A stretch of 63,991 nucleotides of DNA, counting the filler, from Mitosporidium daphniae (Eukaryota), in NCBI RefSeq assembly GCF_000760515.2. It is 7 parts of 7 records of this genome, joined end to end, with 100 filler letters (N's around TTAATTAATTAA, not from the genome) between each part and the next. Parts side by side here need not be neighbours in the genome. Positions count along the whole stretch, not along the records: positions 9,751 to 19,382 come from NW_013546676.1; positions 19,483 to 29,009 come from NW_013546674.1; 5 more parts are not named here. One strand, written 5' to 3'. Made by a program: the position numbers and the translations under genes. Positions 10,757 through 20,753 of this stretch are shown piece after piece; the first letter of the stretch is position 1, and each line of letters begins with the position of its first letter. The notes beneath the pieces were generated by a model. It was not told the DNA's origin. It searched no databases and saw only the letters and a program-made list of their open reading frames with translations.

Positions 10757-11706
10757 ATGATGCTTAATTGTGCCAATGCAGCGACAATTCTAAGAGCCGA
10801 AACCAAAGATTCTGTATTCATTGAAGATCTAAAGATCGATTTCCTTGAATTGACAGACTCGATTCTTGGTAATGAATAAAAATCATATCCATAGGTCAGC
10901 GATTCCTGATTCGATGGAAGGCTTTTATCACCGAACTTCCGTTTATCGCGTATTTTATTATTTATCGCACCATATTGAATACTCCAACGCTCGGTGAACA
11001 ACGCGAAAAAGTCTTGACTATAACTGGTAAGCCCGAGCTTCGCATTCCATCCCGAAGAGTAATGGTGTTTGGTTATAACTCATAGCGCCAAACAATGTCA
11101 TGGCTATTAATGTTATTTGCAGAGAAGCTTCCATTAGTGTTAAGGAAAACCTTATCTCCAAATAAAAGCCAATATCATCCTGTGGTCCAGCAAATTTCTT
11201 CGGTCATATCGCTATTGCATTTAGCTCTCTTCTACTTTGATGGAAAGTATCTCAAGCCATATCAAAGACTCTTGTCCATCACATACAAATCTGCTGTCGC
11301 TTCAGATTCCAATATAAATCCAAATGAGACGCCAAATGATCAGCCTGGAACAGGCTATGAGGTTTTGGGTTTAATTACAGCACTTCAAGCTTTGTGTAGG
11401 ATATTTTTATCGGCCCCAAATTGGGCTAAAAATATTCTGGATACTACAGAGGACATTAACATGCCGATGGAAGCTTCCGCCTCCCATGATTCGCTGAAAC
11501 CAGCTTCGGAACGAAAACCAAAGTGTTTGGTTTGCTTTGAGGAAGCCTACCATGGAGATCCCATTCTTGGCCCATGTGGCCATATCATATGCTGGACTTG
11601 CATGGTCAAATGCCTTTCAACGCTTGATGTTAAAGCAGACTTCCCTTGCCCCTTGTGTCGATTTTCTGGATGGAATATTTCCAATATTTTTCCTGTATAC
11701 ATTTAA
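10757..11706 (+). CDS. PEX10: Peroxin Pex10 (RING E3), 2 introns (10869-10894, 11059-11085)
   Basis: N-terminal ANAATILRAETKD, TLGEQ motif, LHLALFYFDGKY, GYEVLG and a C-terminal C3HC4 RING (CGHIICWTC...CPLCR). Confidence 0.88.
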
Positions 11707-11796
11707 AATGAGATAAATAAGAATTGAAACTTTAACGATGAAGCAAAGTTACATAAATTCAAATGATATAAGCCCCAGGGAACAGCATATCCCCAA

Positions 11797-13080
11797 ATGG
11801 GGACATTTGATCAGAAAATAGAGATGGAGGCATTTGATGAGAAAATAGAGATGGAGAATTCGATCGTACTTACCTATCAAGCAATACTTCTTCGTCAAAA
11901 ACTAGAAAATACACATCTAATAGACATAGCGCTTGATTTGAAACAATTGCCTACCCAAACTACGTTGCTCGAAAGCCTCAAGAAAATAAGGAGACTCAAC
12001 ATGTCAAGAGAAACTTTTCAGAAGGAAATTTCATCTAAAATAGCTGAAATAGAGAAGGCATACTCCTTAATAAATGAAGACCCCGTTGATCTTAGAGAAG
12101 AAGATGAGGCGCTTTTTCTGCTTGAGGAAACAATCAAAAATAGAAAAATGGAACTCGAGAAGCTAACTGAAAAGCAAAATCTTACAGACCAAAAAATACA
12201 AGGGCTTGCAGCATGTTGTGATACAGCTGCCATTAGTGAGGTTCAGAAGCTAACTATCAAAATGGAACAAGAGAGACATAAACAAGAAATTCTTTGCGAG
12301 ATTGAAAAGTATGAAGAAAAATGGCTGGCAGAAAATCAAATTTTATACAAAATTATAAAGCTGCGAGAGGATCGAATAAAGACTATCATAGATAATGACT
12401 GTTCTTTCTCCACAGACCTCGAGTTATCTCAGCTAAACTATTTAAAAACTATGCTATACGAAGACATGAAAGATGACGAGCAACTGGTAAAGAAGCTATA
12501 TACGGAAGTACAAGAAATTGAGGATGAATGCGAAAAGGATCTTTTGGAAAAAATCAATCTTTTCAAAATCAAAGAAAATGAAGAATTCTGCCTTCTATTA
12601 AGTCACAAAGGAAACATCCAGCGCGAATTGGAAGAATTGGAAAGTCAGCACAAAGCAACAATGCAAAAGAAGGAGGAAAAACAAGCCGAGTATCAAAGAA
12701 ATCACGATGAAAAAATACTTCTGCAAAATCAGATTGAAAGTGCAAGAAATATTAAATCCTCTGTTTTGGCTTCTTATGATGCGAAAATACTCAAATGCGA
12801 TAGGGAACTTAGACTCCTTGTTGCGGAGGCCAGGAAATTTCTAAATGATTTAGTAATTGAAGAGACCAAATTTCAAATAGGGTTATTGGAGTTGAAGAAG
12901 GATCGGCAAAAAGTGATGTGGGAATTAGCAGGCGCTGGCAAAAACATAAAGGCTGGATTGAAAAAAATAGCCAGCAATGCCGACTTTTTGCCTGGGCTTT
13001 TAGAATTTCGCATGAATCAAAACAGAAACCTAAAGAACGAAATCGTCTTGATAAATGACTTGAGGATCTTTTTCAAATAA
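11797..13080 (+). CDS. Coiled-coil protein of unknown function
   Basis: 427-aa E/K/L/Q-rich heptad ORF; near-duplicated 27-bp unit at the N-terminus (FDQKIEME/FDEKIEME). Confidence 0.75.
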   Translation: MGTFDQKIEMEAFDEKIEMENSIVLTYQAILLRQKLENTHLIDIALDLKQLPTQTTLLESLKKIRRLNMSRETFQKEISSKIAEIEKAYSLINEDPVDLREEDEALFLLEETIKNRKMELEKLTEKQNLTDQKIQGLAACCDTAAISEVQKLTIKMEQERHKQEILCEIEKYEEKWLAENQILYKIIKLREDRIKTIIDNDCSFSTDLELSQLNYLKTMLYEDMKDDEQLVKKLYTEVQEIEDECEKDLLEKINLFKIKENEEFCLLLSHKGNIQRELEELESQHKATMQKKEEKQAEYQRNHDEKILLQNQIESARNIKSSVLASYDAKILKCDRELRLLVAEARKFLNDLVIEETKFQIGLLELKKDRQKVMWELAGAGKNIKAGLKKIASNADFLPGLLEFRMNQNRNLKNEIVLINDLRIFFK

Positions 13081-13144
13081 AAAATTACATAAATTCTTCA
13101 CAGACAGCCATTTTAACAAGCAATTGAAAAAAAGCCAATTTTTT

Positions 13145-13789
13145 ATGGCAAACTTGCCAAAGGTGCTTAGCGATGTTGATGAATTCATCATTGCTTTAAA
13201 AGGCAAGTCCATTTCTTCTAACGAGGCCGAATTTTTAAATAAAGCATGTGTAGATGCGCCTGACTCTGCAACCCCCCCGTGTGCCCGCGCAAGGCCAAGA
13301 AACATAAAGCGGTATGTCCAAATGAAGCAGGATTTGGTGGACAACATTGAAGGCCCGTTTTTACATACCAAACATCCATGGGCCTCTATGATTAAAGCAA
13401 GTGGACCCCACGAGGAGCCCCAATATCGGGGGTATTCTCAAGTTTCGCCATTTCCGCCAATATCGTCAACTGAAACTAGAATTGAAGAAATTGAAAAGCT
13501 CTTTTTCCCCATGCAAGAGAATCAGTTATCACAATCGGTTCCTAATGCAAATCGAATATCCAACCTTGTTTTAAAATGTAAGGCGATAAAGGAAATATAC
13601 TGCACACCAGATGAGTATACTGCCTCTCTTGATAACTTTTGGAAAAAGTCAAGTTCCAACTTTACGCTGCATACAAATTATGCCCAGCTCGTGATGTTGG
13701 CAAAACTGGAAAAGTTTATTCTAGACATGAAGAGAAAATTTCCCTATATATATGCAAATGAGTTCATCCCGCCTAGTGATAATGGCTGA
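13145..13789 (+). CDS. Hypothetical protein
   Basis: About 214-aa ORF from the first ATG, filling the gap between neighbours; no family recognised. Confidence 0.55.
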   Translation: MANLPKVLSDVDEFIIALKGKSISSNEAEFLNKACVDAPDSATPPCARARPRNIKRYVQMKQDLVDNIEGPFLHTKHPWASMIKASGPHEEPQYRGYSQVSPFPPISSTETRIEEIEKLFFPMQENQLSQSVPNANRISNLVLKCKAIKEIYCTPDEYTASLDNFWKKSSSNFTLHTNYAQLVMLAKLEKFILDMKRKFPYIYANEFIPPSDNG

Positions 13790-13872
13790 TGCGTTGCACC
13801 ATGCATGTGTAGATGCGAACTGTTTTGATTGGAAACTATGTACACAAATTTTAATGAAAAAGGCAGCTCTAA

Positions 13873-14295
13873 TCAAATAAAGTGGCCGCATAAATTAACG
13901 AGCGAAACATCTAACGACCCTTGACGCGATTTAATTATCCCGCGTATGTCGTCGATCAAAGATTCTCGTTTGCGGTGCAGAGCAATCGAGTTCATTTTAT
14001 AGAATTTAGAAACAGAGTCGAAATTCTCCTCTTTAGAAAGAGAGTACTTATTAACAAGAGAAATTCTTTTCAGGTAGAACAAAAAATCTTCGGTATTTGA
14101 AATGATCGATATGGCCTTTTCAATGAAAATATGTAGTTGGAGCCTCGTTCGTTGAATTGCATCTGGCGTTGGGTTATAGGAAGGATCGGACTGTTTGAGT
14201 ATTAGTGCCGAGGAGAAGATGTCCGGCAAAATCTCGCCTCGGAGCTCATCAAGTGCCTTGAGGAGCTCAACACGCCTGTCTTGTATTTCGGTCAT
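13873..14295 (-). CDS. Possible Mediator subunit Med22/Srb6
   Basis: 140-aa helical ORF; LQLHIFIEKAISIISNTEDFLFYLKRISLVNKY loosely resembles the Med22 helix ([31 protein letters not shown]). Confidence 0.4.
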   Translation of the reverse strand: MTEIQDRRVELLKALDELRGEILPDIFSSALILKQSDPSYNPTPDAIQRTRLQLHIFIEKAISIISNTEDFLFYLKRISLVNKYSLSKEENFDSVSKFYKMNSIALHRKRESLIDDIRGIIKSRQGSLDVSLVNLCGHFI

Positions 14296-14323
14296 TATTT
14301 TAAACTTTTTAAATTAAAAACGT

Positions 14324-14548
14324 ATGGGCAAATCCGCAAAACTCCACAAAAGAGTCCCAAAGGCCAAGATATCCTCCCTGACACCGTCTAGTGCATTCAA
14401 CCCTGAAAGCCAAGATGCCATCGATCCAATAATTGACTCAAAATACCTTGCCTCTAAACGGCCATCTTTATCTTCTCGAAAACGAGGCCAGAAACCAATT
14501 ACTGTATTAACCAGGGCAACAACTAAAAGAAAACCTAAGAAAATTTAG
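14324..14548 (+). CDS. Small basic (K/R-rich) protein
   Basis: 74-aa ORF starting MGKSAKLHKRVPK, divergent from its neighbour across a 28-bp AT-rich spacer. Confidence 0.6.
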   Translation: MGKSAKLHKRVPKAKISSLTPSSAFNPESQDAIDPIIDSKYLASKRPSLSSRKRGQKPITVLTRATTKRKPKKI

Positions 14549-14652
14549 TGTGAATAGAGTCATTTATTGGTATCCAATAATAAATATTTACAGCGCACAA
14601 TTTTCCTTTCGAATATCGATTCATAAGCATACATGATAGCAAACGCATTGCT

Positions 14653-15323
14653 TTACATATCCTCAGTGGACCATTTATAGGCCTTTTCATCGAACGCAGA
14701 CTTGCTGGAGATAGCCAAGAGATATTTCGTTTCAAAACCATTTGATCGGTCTAAAAGATTAAAGTTGCTTTGTCCTTACCAATTCCGTCCCAAAGTGGCC
14801 CAGGAGAAATGTTGAATCGATTTGGCGGTCCGCTATTTTTGTAAACGCTAGAGAGTCTTGCTTTGGATTTTGATGAAAGAGGTAATGAACCTTTTTGAGC
14901 TTCATTTGAGTCCGGAATATCAATATCATTTGACATTTTGTTTTGTCGTTGTCCAGCAGAAGCATCACAAAAACTCCCCAAATCCAAGCCCGAACAATCA
15001 TCCGTAAAATACCTTATGGGGTCATCCCATCTTTGGATAGAAGCAAGAGCCTTATTGCGGGTATCATCCTCATGAGTAATGTAGAATGGCAAATTTTTCA
15101 ATGAAGCAATATTGGCTTTTCGCTCAGCCTCATATTTTGCTTGGACAAGTCCACCTTGTTCCCCCACAGATACGATACCCATGCTTGCTCTGCGTTTTTC
15201 ATCTTCCAAATTTGCGTAAATCTGGGATGTTTTAGCCTTCATCTTGTGCTCATCAACGTTGGCTATTACCCGCCCGGTAGCGGGGTCACGGTACACTGTC
15301 TCTGCCTTTGAAGATGCTACCAT
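14653..15323 (-). CDS. BUD13: RES complex splicing factor Bud13/Cwc26, 1 intron (14751-14779)
   Basis: ETVYRD, RWDDP, PPNRFNISPGPLWDGI|DRSNGFE...YKWSTEDM*. Confidence 0.92.
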
Positions 15324-15437
15324 TTAATGTGCAACGAAATTCATTTTGAATTTAACATTTTAATGTTGATTTTAATTTGCTTGGGAAAGGACACAATATA
15401 AACATTTTATGAACAATAAATAGTTAGTCAGTAGGGG

Positions 15438-16226
15438 CTACGGGAGATGGTTATTTGAATGTGTTGGGATGGTTTTGGAAGAAATCTTTCCAGGGAGTTT
15501 TAGCGGTGTCTTTGACCGAATTGCGGTTCGCTTTTGGCTTTTCTCAACTAGGGACGGCTTCTCAGGTAAATCAAATGGCTTTCTAAAAAATTCTCGAAGT
15601 GAAGTCAAGCAAACGGGGCAAATTTGCATCGATTTACCTCGAATGGAAGATATGCAGCTGTAGCATACAGAATCTCCACAGGGAAGAAAACTCTCAAACG
15701 CCTTTAGTTGCAAACAAAGCAGGCAAGTCGAGGGATTTAGGGTATTCGTTGAATATTGATGTTGCGTTATGCTGTGTGGTTGAGGTGGTAGAATGCAATA
15801 TTCTGCTGAGTAGTAGTCTGACCGAACGTTTTCTAAAACAACCGGAAAATCCATCTTTGAGGATGTTTGTTCCAACGTAACAAGTGATGCAACATCGCTG
15901 GTTAACTGTGGAATATTACCAGCTTCAACGGCATGATCGTCATTAGCTTCAATTTCCTCATTATTGTCTACCATAATTGGTGCTTTACTATCATAGCCTT
16001 CGGAATCACTTTTTTCTGCGTGTAGCAGGCGATACGCATTTCCAATTGTCGATTTTCTAGCATAGCTCCTAATTATTGATGGTCGATCAACTCTAATTGG
16101 AGTAGGAGCTTCCATCAAGAATTGAGGATAAATAGGATCAAAAGAATCTCCCTGAGACGTGTTGGACTCCAGGAGCTCAGGCTCTGCTAATGCCCTTTCT
16201 TGGGCAGATTTATGTCTTTCTAACAC
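15438..16226 (-). CDS. RING finger protein (5' exons probably extend to about 16520)
   Basis: CLLC...LPCGDSVCYSC...CPVC RING variant in a 262-aa frame. Confidence 0.65.
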   Translation of the reverse strand: MLERHKSAQERALAEPELLESNTSQGDSFDPIYPQFLMEAPTPIRVDRPSIIRSYARKSTIGNAYRLLHAEKSDSEGYDSKAPIMVDNNEEIEANDDHAVEAGNIPQLTSDVASLVTLEQTSSKMDFPVVLENVRSDYYSAEYCILPPQPHSITQHQYSTNTLNPSTCLLCLQLKAFESFLPCGDSVCYSCISSIRGKSMQICPVCLTSLREFFRKPFDLPEKPSLVEKSQKRTAIRSKTPLKLPGKISSKTIPTHSNNHLP

Positions 16227-16622
16227 CAGTTTTCTGCCATCTTATTCTTATGCCAAATAAGACGCGAAGTAATGGATTGAATACATGATCTCAAAACATT
16301 TGGCGATTTTCTCTCAAAGAAGGAAAAATTAGCCCAACCTCCAGGGTCTTCCCCGCTCTTCAAAAATATTAATTGCTGTGGGGAGATATTTGTACCATCG
16401 GTATTTTCGTCATCAATGAAAACAATTCCTTTAGCACTTTCGACAAGAGATTCCTCACTATTTGGGTAGAATAACGCGGAAGCTTACGGAATTTGACCTA
16501 GCTCAGAGTCAGAGAGCATGTTGTCTGCCGAATACGAATGCTGATATGGAGAAACTGAATTTTAATTGCTGGATTAAAACGATTCCAAATTAATTTGTAA
16601 TTTTACCGATTATTCCATTTAG

Positions 16623-17737
16623 TCAATTAAAAGTTTTTATAAATCGAGAGATTTTGGATGAAAAATCGGTCACCTCAATTTTGACAAAACATGGAAATGA
16701 CAAATTTTCTGAAATAGTTGATGTCAGCAGCTCTTGTAAAAATTGCTCAATTTTTTTGTCTTTAGTGTATTTTTGGCGTCTTGATCGCCGAATATTGTTT
16801 CTAACTTTAGAGTTATCGGCTGCCCTTCAGCGTGCTTAAGGGTGGATACAAATAAGCTCAAATTCATGCATTCTGTGGCTTTCATGGCCTCTTCTATTCC
16901 TATTACTGCAATTCTAAGTGGAATGTCGACCAAAACCCCTGTTAATCTCTCCTCAATGGCAAGAGAAACTATAGACGGTATTCCAAACCCCGGGATATCA
17001 ATAGATGGACTTCCCTTGGCGATGATTTCGCATTCGATTTCAAGCTCTATTTTGATATCAATTTGAAAATCAAGAGGTGAAGAGTATCTTGATGCGCTGG
17101 GCAAGAGTTGTGATCGCTCAAGGTCTTTCTCCAGTAAGGGTTTTGAAAATTTAGAAAGGGACCATCCCTGAATTGCTGAAGATAATTTAGATAATGAACC
17201 ATTTTTCGTAGTAGACCGATGCCATTCATTTAATAGCTTGCCGTAGTATGGGGTTCTTCTTGATCCTTCCATTTTTGACTCAGATGCAGATGAAGCGTTT
17301 CTTTGTTTTATGGCTGGACTATATATATAGACCGCAGTATCTTCCATACAAAATAAAAGCTTTTTTTCGTCTTCTGGTAGTTCATTAAAAAAAATAAGAT
17401 CCGGGGCCTCAATGTCTAAAATGTTTATTGCGCTACCAAAAAATTCTCGGTTTTTATCAGCGACATTTTCGTTATCTGTTAATAATAGAGATTCTGTCAA
17501 ACTTTTTTTACACGAGGATCTTTTTTCTTCTCCTTTATTTGGAGGAATAAGCTTAATAGAGCGAAACGTAACATCAAAAGAGGAAAAATTTGGAACAGTC
17601 TGGAGAGACCCCTCAATGAACGAAGGAGGAGAAGATGTTAACAGTTCTATCTTTTTGGCAACTTCATTTGTCAAAAATGTACAAACAGGTGGTAAAACGA
17701 GCTCGGAAATAGCACCCCAGTTTGCAAGAATTGACAT
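16623..17737 (-). CDS. MDM12: ERMES subunit Mdm12 (SMP domain); apparent 1-nt frameshift at the A7 run 16751-16757
   Basis: N-terminus MSILANW; DFQIDIK..., LKLETIFGDQ; the -1 frame continues KIEQFLQELLTSTISENLSFPCFVKI, like the Mdm12 C-terminus (LEQFL...LAWPSWINL). Confidence 0.7.
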
Positions 17738-17780
17738 GAGTGGGTTTGAACTTAAAAAACAAATTTGCGTTTATTTATGA

Positions 17781-17951
17781 ATGGCTTCAAATCGGCTTGA
17801 TCCCACTGCAGCAAGGATAGAAAATATTAGAATTGATACAAAATATCGGCAAAAGCGATATTTGGCACATCTCCACAGCCGAGTTTCCTCTTCGAGAGAT
17901 CTGGAGTCTCGATACATACTCCTAAAGTCTGGGATCTTGAGCATCAATTAA
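17781..17951 (+). CDS. 56-aa small ORF not in the ORF track, with an RPEL-like motif
   Basis: MASNRLDPTAARIENIRIDTKYRQKRYLAHLHSRVSSSRDLESRYILLKSGILSIN* fills the gap between MDM12 and GPD1. Confidence 0.45.
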   Translation: MASNRLDPTAARIENIRIDTKYRQKRYLAHLHSRVSSSRDLESRYILLKSGILSIN

Positions 17952-17973
17952 AATTTAAATTTTATTTGAGGTA

Positions 17974-19174
17974 TTAAAGCTTATGCGCAATATGGTGATA
18001 CTCATCCATGGCATATGAGCTTAAAACTTCGAACATTTGCGATGGTGGGAATCCCTCATAGGCAACCTTATAAACAAGCGTGAAAAGGGGAAATTTTGTA
18101 GTTAAATTCTTAGCATTTAAGATCTCATAAACCTCTTTGGAAGTGCTTGGCCCCTGAAGCTTCTGGCCATTTAAATGTTCTACTTCTAGTTGCTCAAAAG
18201 ACTAATAATAACTTGCGAACAATCTTAAGTACCTTTCCAGAAGCGACAAAAAGCTCAGATATTCGGCGGTTTCTTCCTCCAAAGCAGGTAGTGATCAGGT
18301 CTGCAACCCCGCAGCTTTCGAAGTAAGTCTCCCAATTAGAAGGTTGATCCTCAGCAGCAGGCTCAGAAGTTGATAAAAATCTAAAGATGCTGGAAAATCT
18401 TTTCATCTCAACAAGACCAATCCTTATAATAGCAGCCTTGGTATTCTCTCCAAATCCAAGGCCGTCTACCAAACCTGCAGCAACGGCAACCACATTTTTA
18501 AGGGCCCCACACAATTCGACCCCTTCAACATCCGGGACGCAATTAATGAGAAAATAATTTGTTTCCATGACAAGCTTGAAAATGGCAGCGTTACCTGCGT
18601 CACGATAACCAATGGTAGACTCGCAAAATTGCTCTTTAGAAACCTCATTTGCAATGTTGGCACCCATCATAACACAAACATCAATTGATAGGGTAGAGGC
18701 GATAAGGTCCGAAATCAGAGAGATTCCCTTGCTCGAAGCATCAACGCCCTTGATCAATGAGATTGCACGGGCGTTTTTATGCAAGTGCCCACGAATAGTT
18801 TCACAAGACCTTTTGACAAATTGATGGGGAATAACAAAGACTAGCAAAGTCGCGTCTTTTACAGCCGAGACCAGATCCGGATCTGCACGGACATTCTCTG
18901 GAAGCTTAATTCCAGGCAAGTATCTATTAAAACGGTATCAAATTTTCATTTTACTTGACGTTTACATGCTCAGTATTGATAATTTCGGTAAGCTTTTTTC
19001 CTTCGACCATTTCTTCGAAAACCCACATCTTGATCTTCGGATCAAACTTTTCAAGGTTCTTGGAGACATTATTGCCAATGATTTTAGCAATTGTTGATCC
19101 CCTATTTTATATGCAAATATAATATACCAATTTCCTGACCCAATAATACAAATGCGTTCGAGAGCAGAGGACAT
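17974..19174 (-). CDS. GPD1: NAD-dependent glycerol-3-phosphate dehydrogenase, 3 introns
   Basis: [57 protein letters not shown]; ends HHIAHKL*. Confidence 0.97.
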
Positions 19175-19382
19175 TATAAAAGGTATATTATGTCTTGGAT
19201 CTAATTCACATCTTGCATGGCTGATTTAATCAATTTTCAAGTTTATGTTTAACGTAAATTGTAACCCTAGTTCTAAATTTCAACTCTTCACGCTGGTATC
19301 AGTATATGCGCTTTCAATTAAGAGCGTGCATTTTGATACAAAATACTGCATGTCCCATTAAAGAATGTATTTGCGATCAAGA

Positions 19383-19482
19383 NNNNNNNNNNNNNNNNNN
19401 NNNNNNNNNNNNNNNNNNNNNNNNNNTTAATTAATTAANNNNNNNNNNNNNNNNNNNNNNNNNNNNNNNNNNNNNNNNNNNN
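19383..19482. other. Artificial contig linker
   Basis: N44-TTAATTAATTAA-N44. Confidence 0.98.
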
Positions 19483-19495
19483 TCTGATCATTTAG

Positions 19496-19810
19496 CAACC
19501 CAATTCGTGTCTCTCATTTGAGGGGGATTTATGCCAGGGCCAAAGTGCCATTTCGGAAAGGCTTCAGGTATTTTCTGTCATCTCATCACCACCTTACTCG
19601 ACATAGGGGCTTCCTCTTACCACTCTTCAGCGTCAAGTTGATACGATGGACGTCCAGCCTTCTGGAAATACTCTTCTCATATGTGTTACGGGTCGCCTAT
19701 TTGTTGATAGCGAACAACAGCCTCAGCGTTATTCCCAAGTATTTCTATTAAGCCAATCTGGAACCAATTTTTATATCCTTAACGATGTTTTCCGCCTAAA
19801 TTACGGTTAA
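19496..19810 (+). CDS. NTF2: Nuclear transport factor 2 (5'-partial; intron 19568-19606)
   Basis: SCLSFEG...AISERLQ|GLPLTTLQRQVDTMDVQPS...VTGRLFVDSEQQPQRYSQVFLL...FYILNDVFRLNYG*. Confidence 0.92.
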
Positions 19811-19897
19811 CCGTTAGCCAAAATAAAAATAGCCTCCGCTTACGTGTTAAACTCCGTCTATTTGCGATTAAATTTTTGGTCCATACATATACTCCTA

Positions 19898-20684
19898 ATG
19901 GGGTTATTAGTGCTGATGCTTGCAGCGTTGATTTTGCTGGTGTTCTGCGTTAAAGCTAGAAATGGCATTGTTGATCTTTGGAGGGACAAGAGCATCCTGC
20001 TTGTCATTGCACATCCGGATGACGAGGTACTGTTCTTTGGGCCTACCTTGGTTCGCGGATCAAAAATTGCGAATTTTCACATTCTTTGCCTTACATCCGG
20101 TATGACACGATTGTTTGAGATTTTTAGGAGACAGCGCCGGCATTGGCTGGATACGCAAAAGGGAGTTGGTACGGTCTCTTGAACAACTGGGAATCACCAA
20201 CACGGAGAAGATATCAATTATCGACGATCCAGGCTCCCTTCCGGATGGCTTTACATGTGCATGGGACTTGGAAAAGGCTGCAAAGATCATTGAGGAGCAT
20301 ATTTTCAAATGGAACATTGAAATACTGATTTCCTTTGATCACATGGGAGTCTCTGGGCATCCAAACCATATAAGCTCATCTCAGGCATGTGGTCTTGTCG
20401 CGGTTCGAACGGACAATGTACCCTTTTATTCACTCTATTCATTGAATGACTTTTCGTTTTGGCCGCTTAACGTCGTGTGCAAGTATTCTGGCATGGTATA
20501 TGCCGTTTTAAAATCGTTTATCATACGCGATTTGGTCCTGCTTTCCCCCTATGAATACTTGTTTACTCTGGTTCCATCGATGCAACGGCATCGATCACAG
20601 ATGGTTTGGTTTAGAAAGCTATATATCGTATTTTCATGCTACATGTTTTGCAATATTTATCATAAGATAAAGGTTAAGGAATAG
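19898..20684 (+). CDS. GPI12: GlcNAc-PI de-N-acetylase (PIG-L), intron 20100-20127
   Basis: N-terminal TM; IAHPDDEVLFFGPT, SFDHMGVSGHPNH, HRSQMVWFRKLY. Confidence 0.95.
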
Positions 20685-20753
20685 GCCATCTACTCCACTG
20701 CGCAAAAATAAAGCTATGTTACAAAGAAAGGAGATATGGAAAATTGGACTGCA

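Noticed and set aside
19277..19340. Imperfect hairpin upstream of GPD1 (GTATCA...GCGCTTT/AGAGCGT...TGATAC)
   Set aside because: No recognisable ncRNA boxes and it lies at a contig end, so support is insufficient
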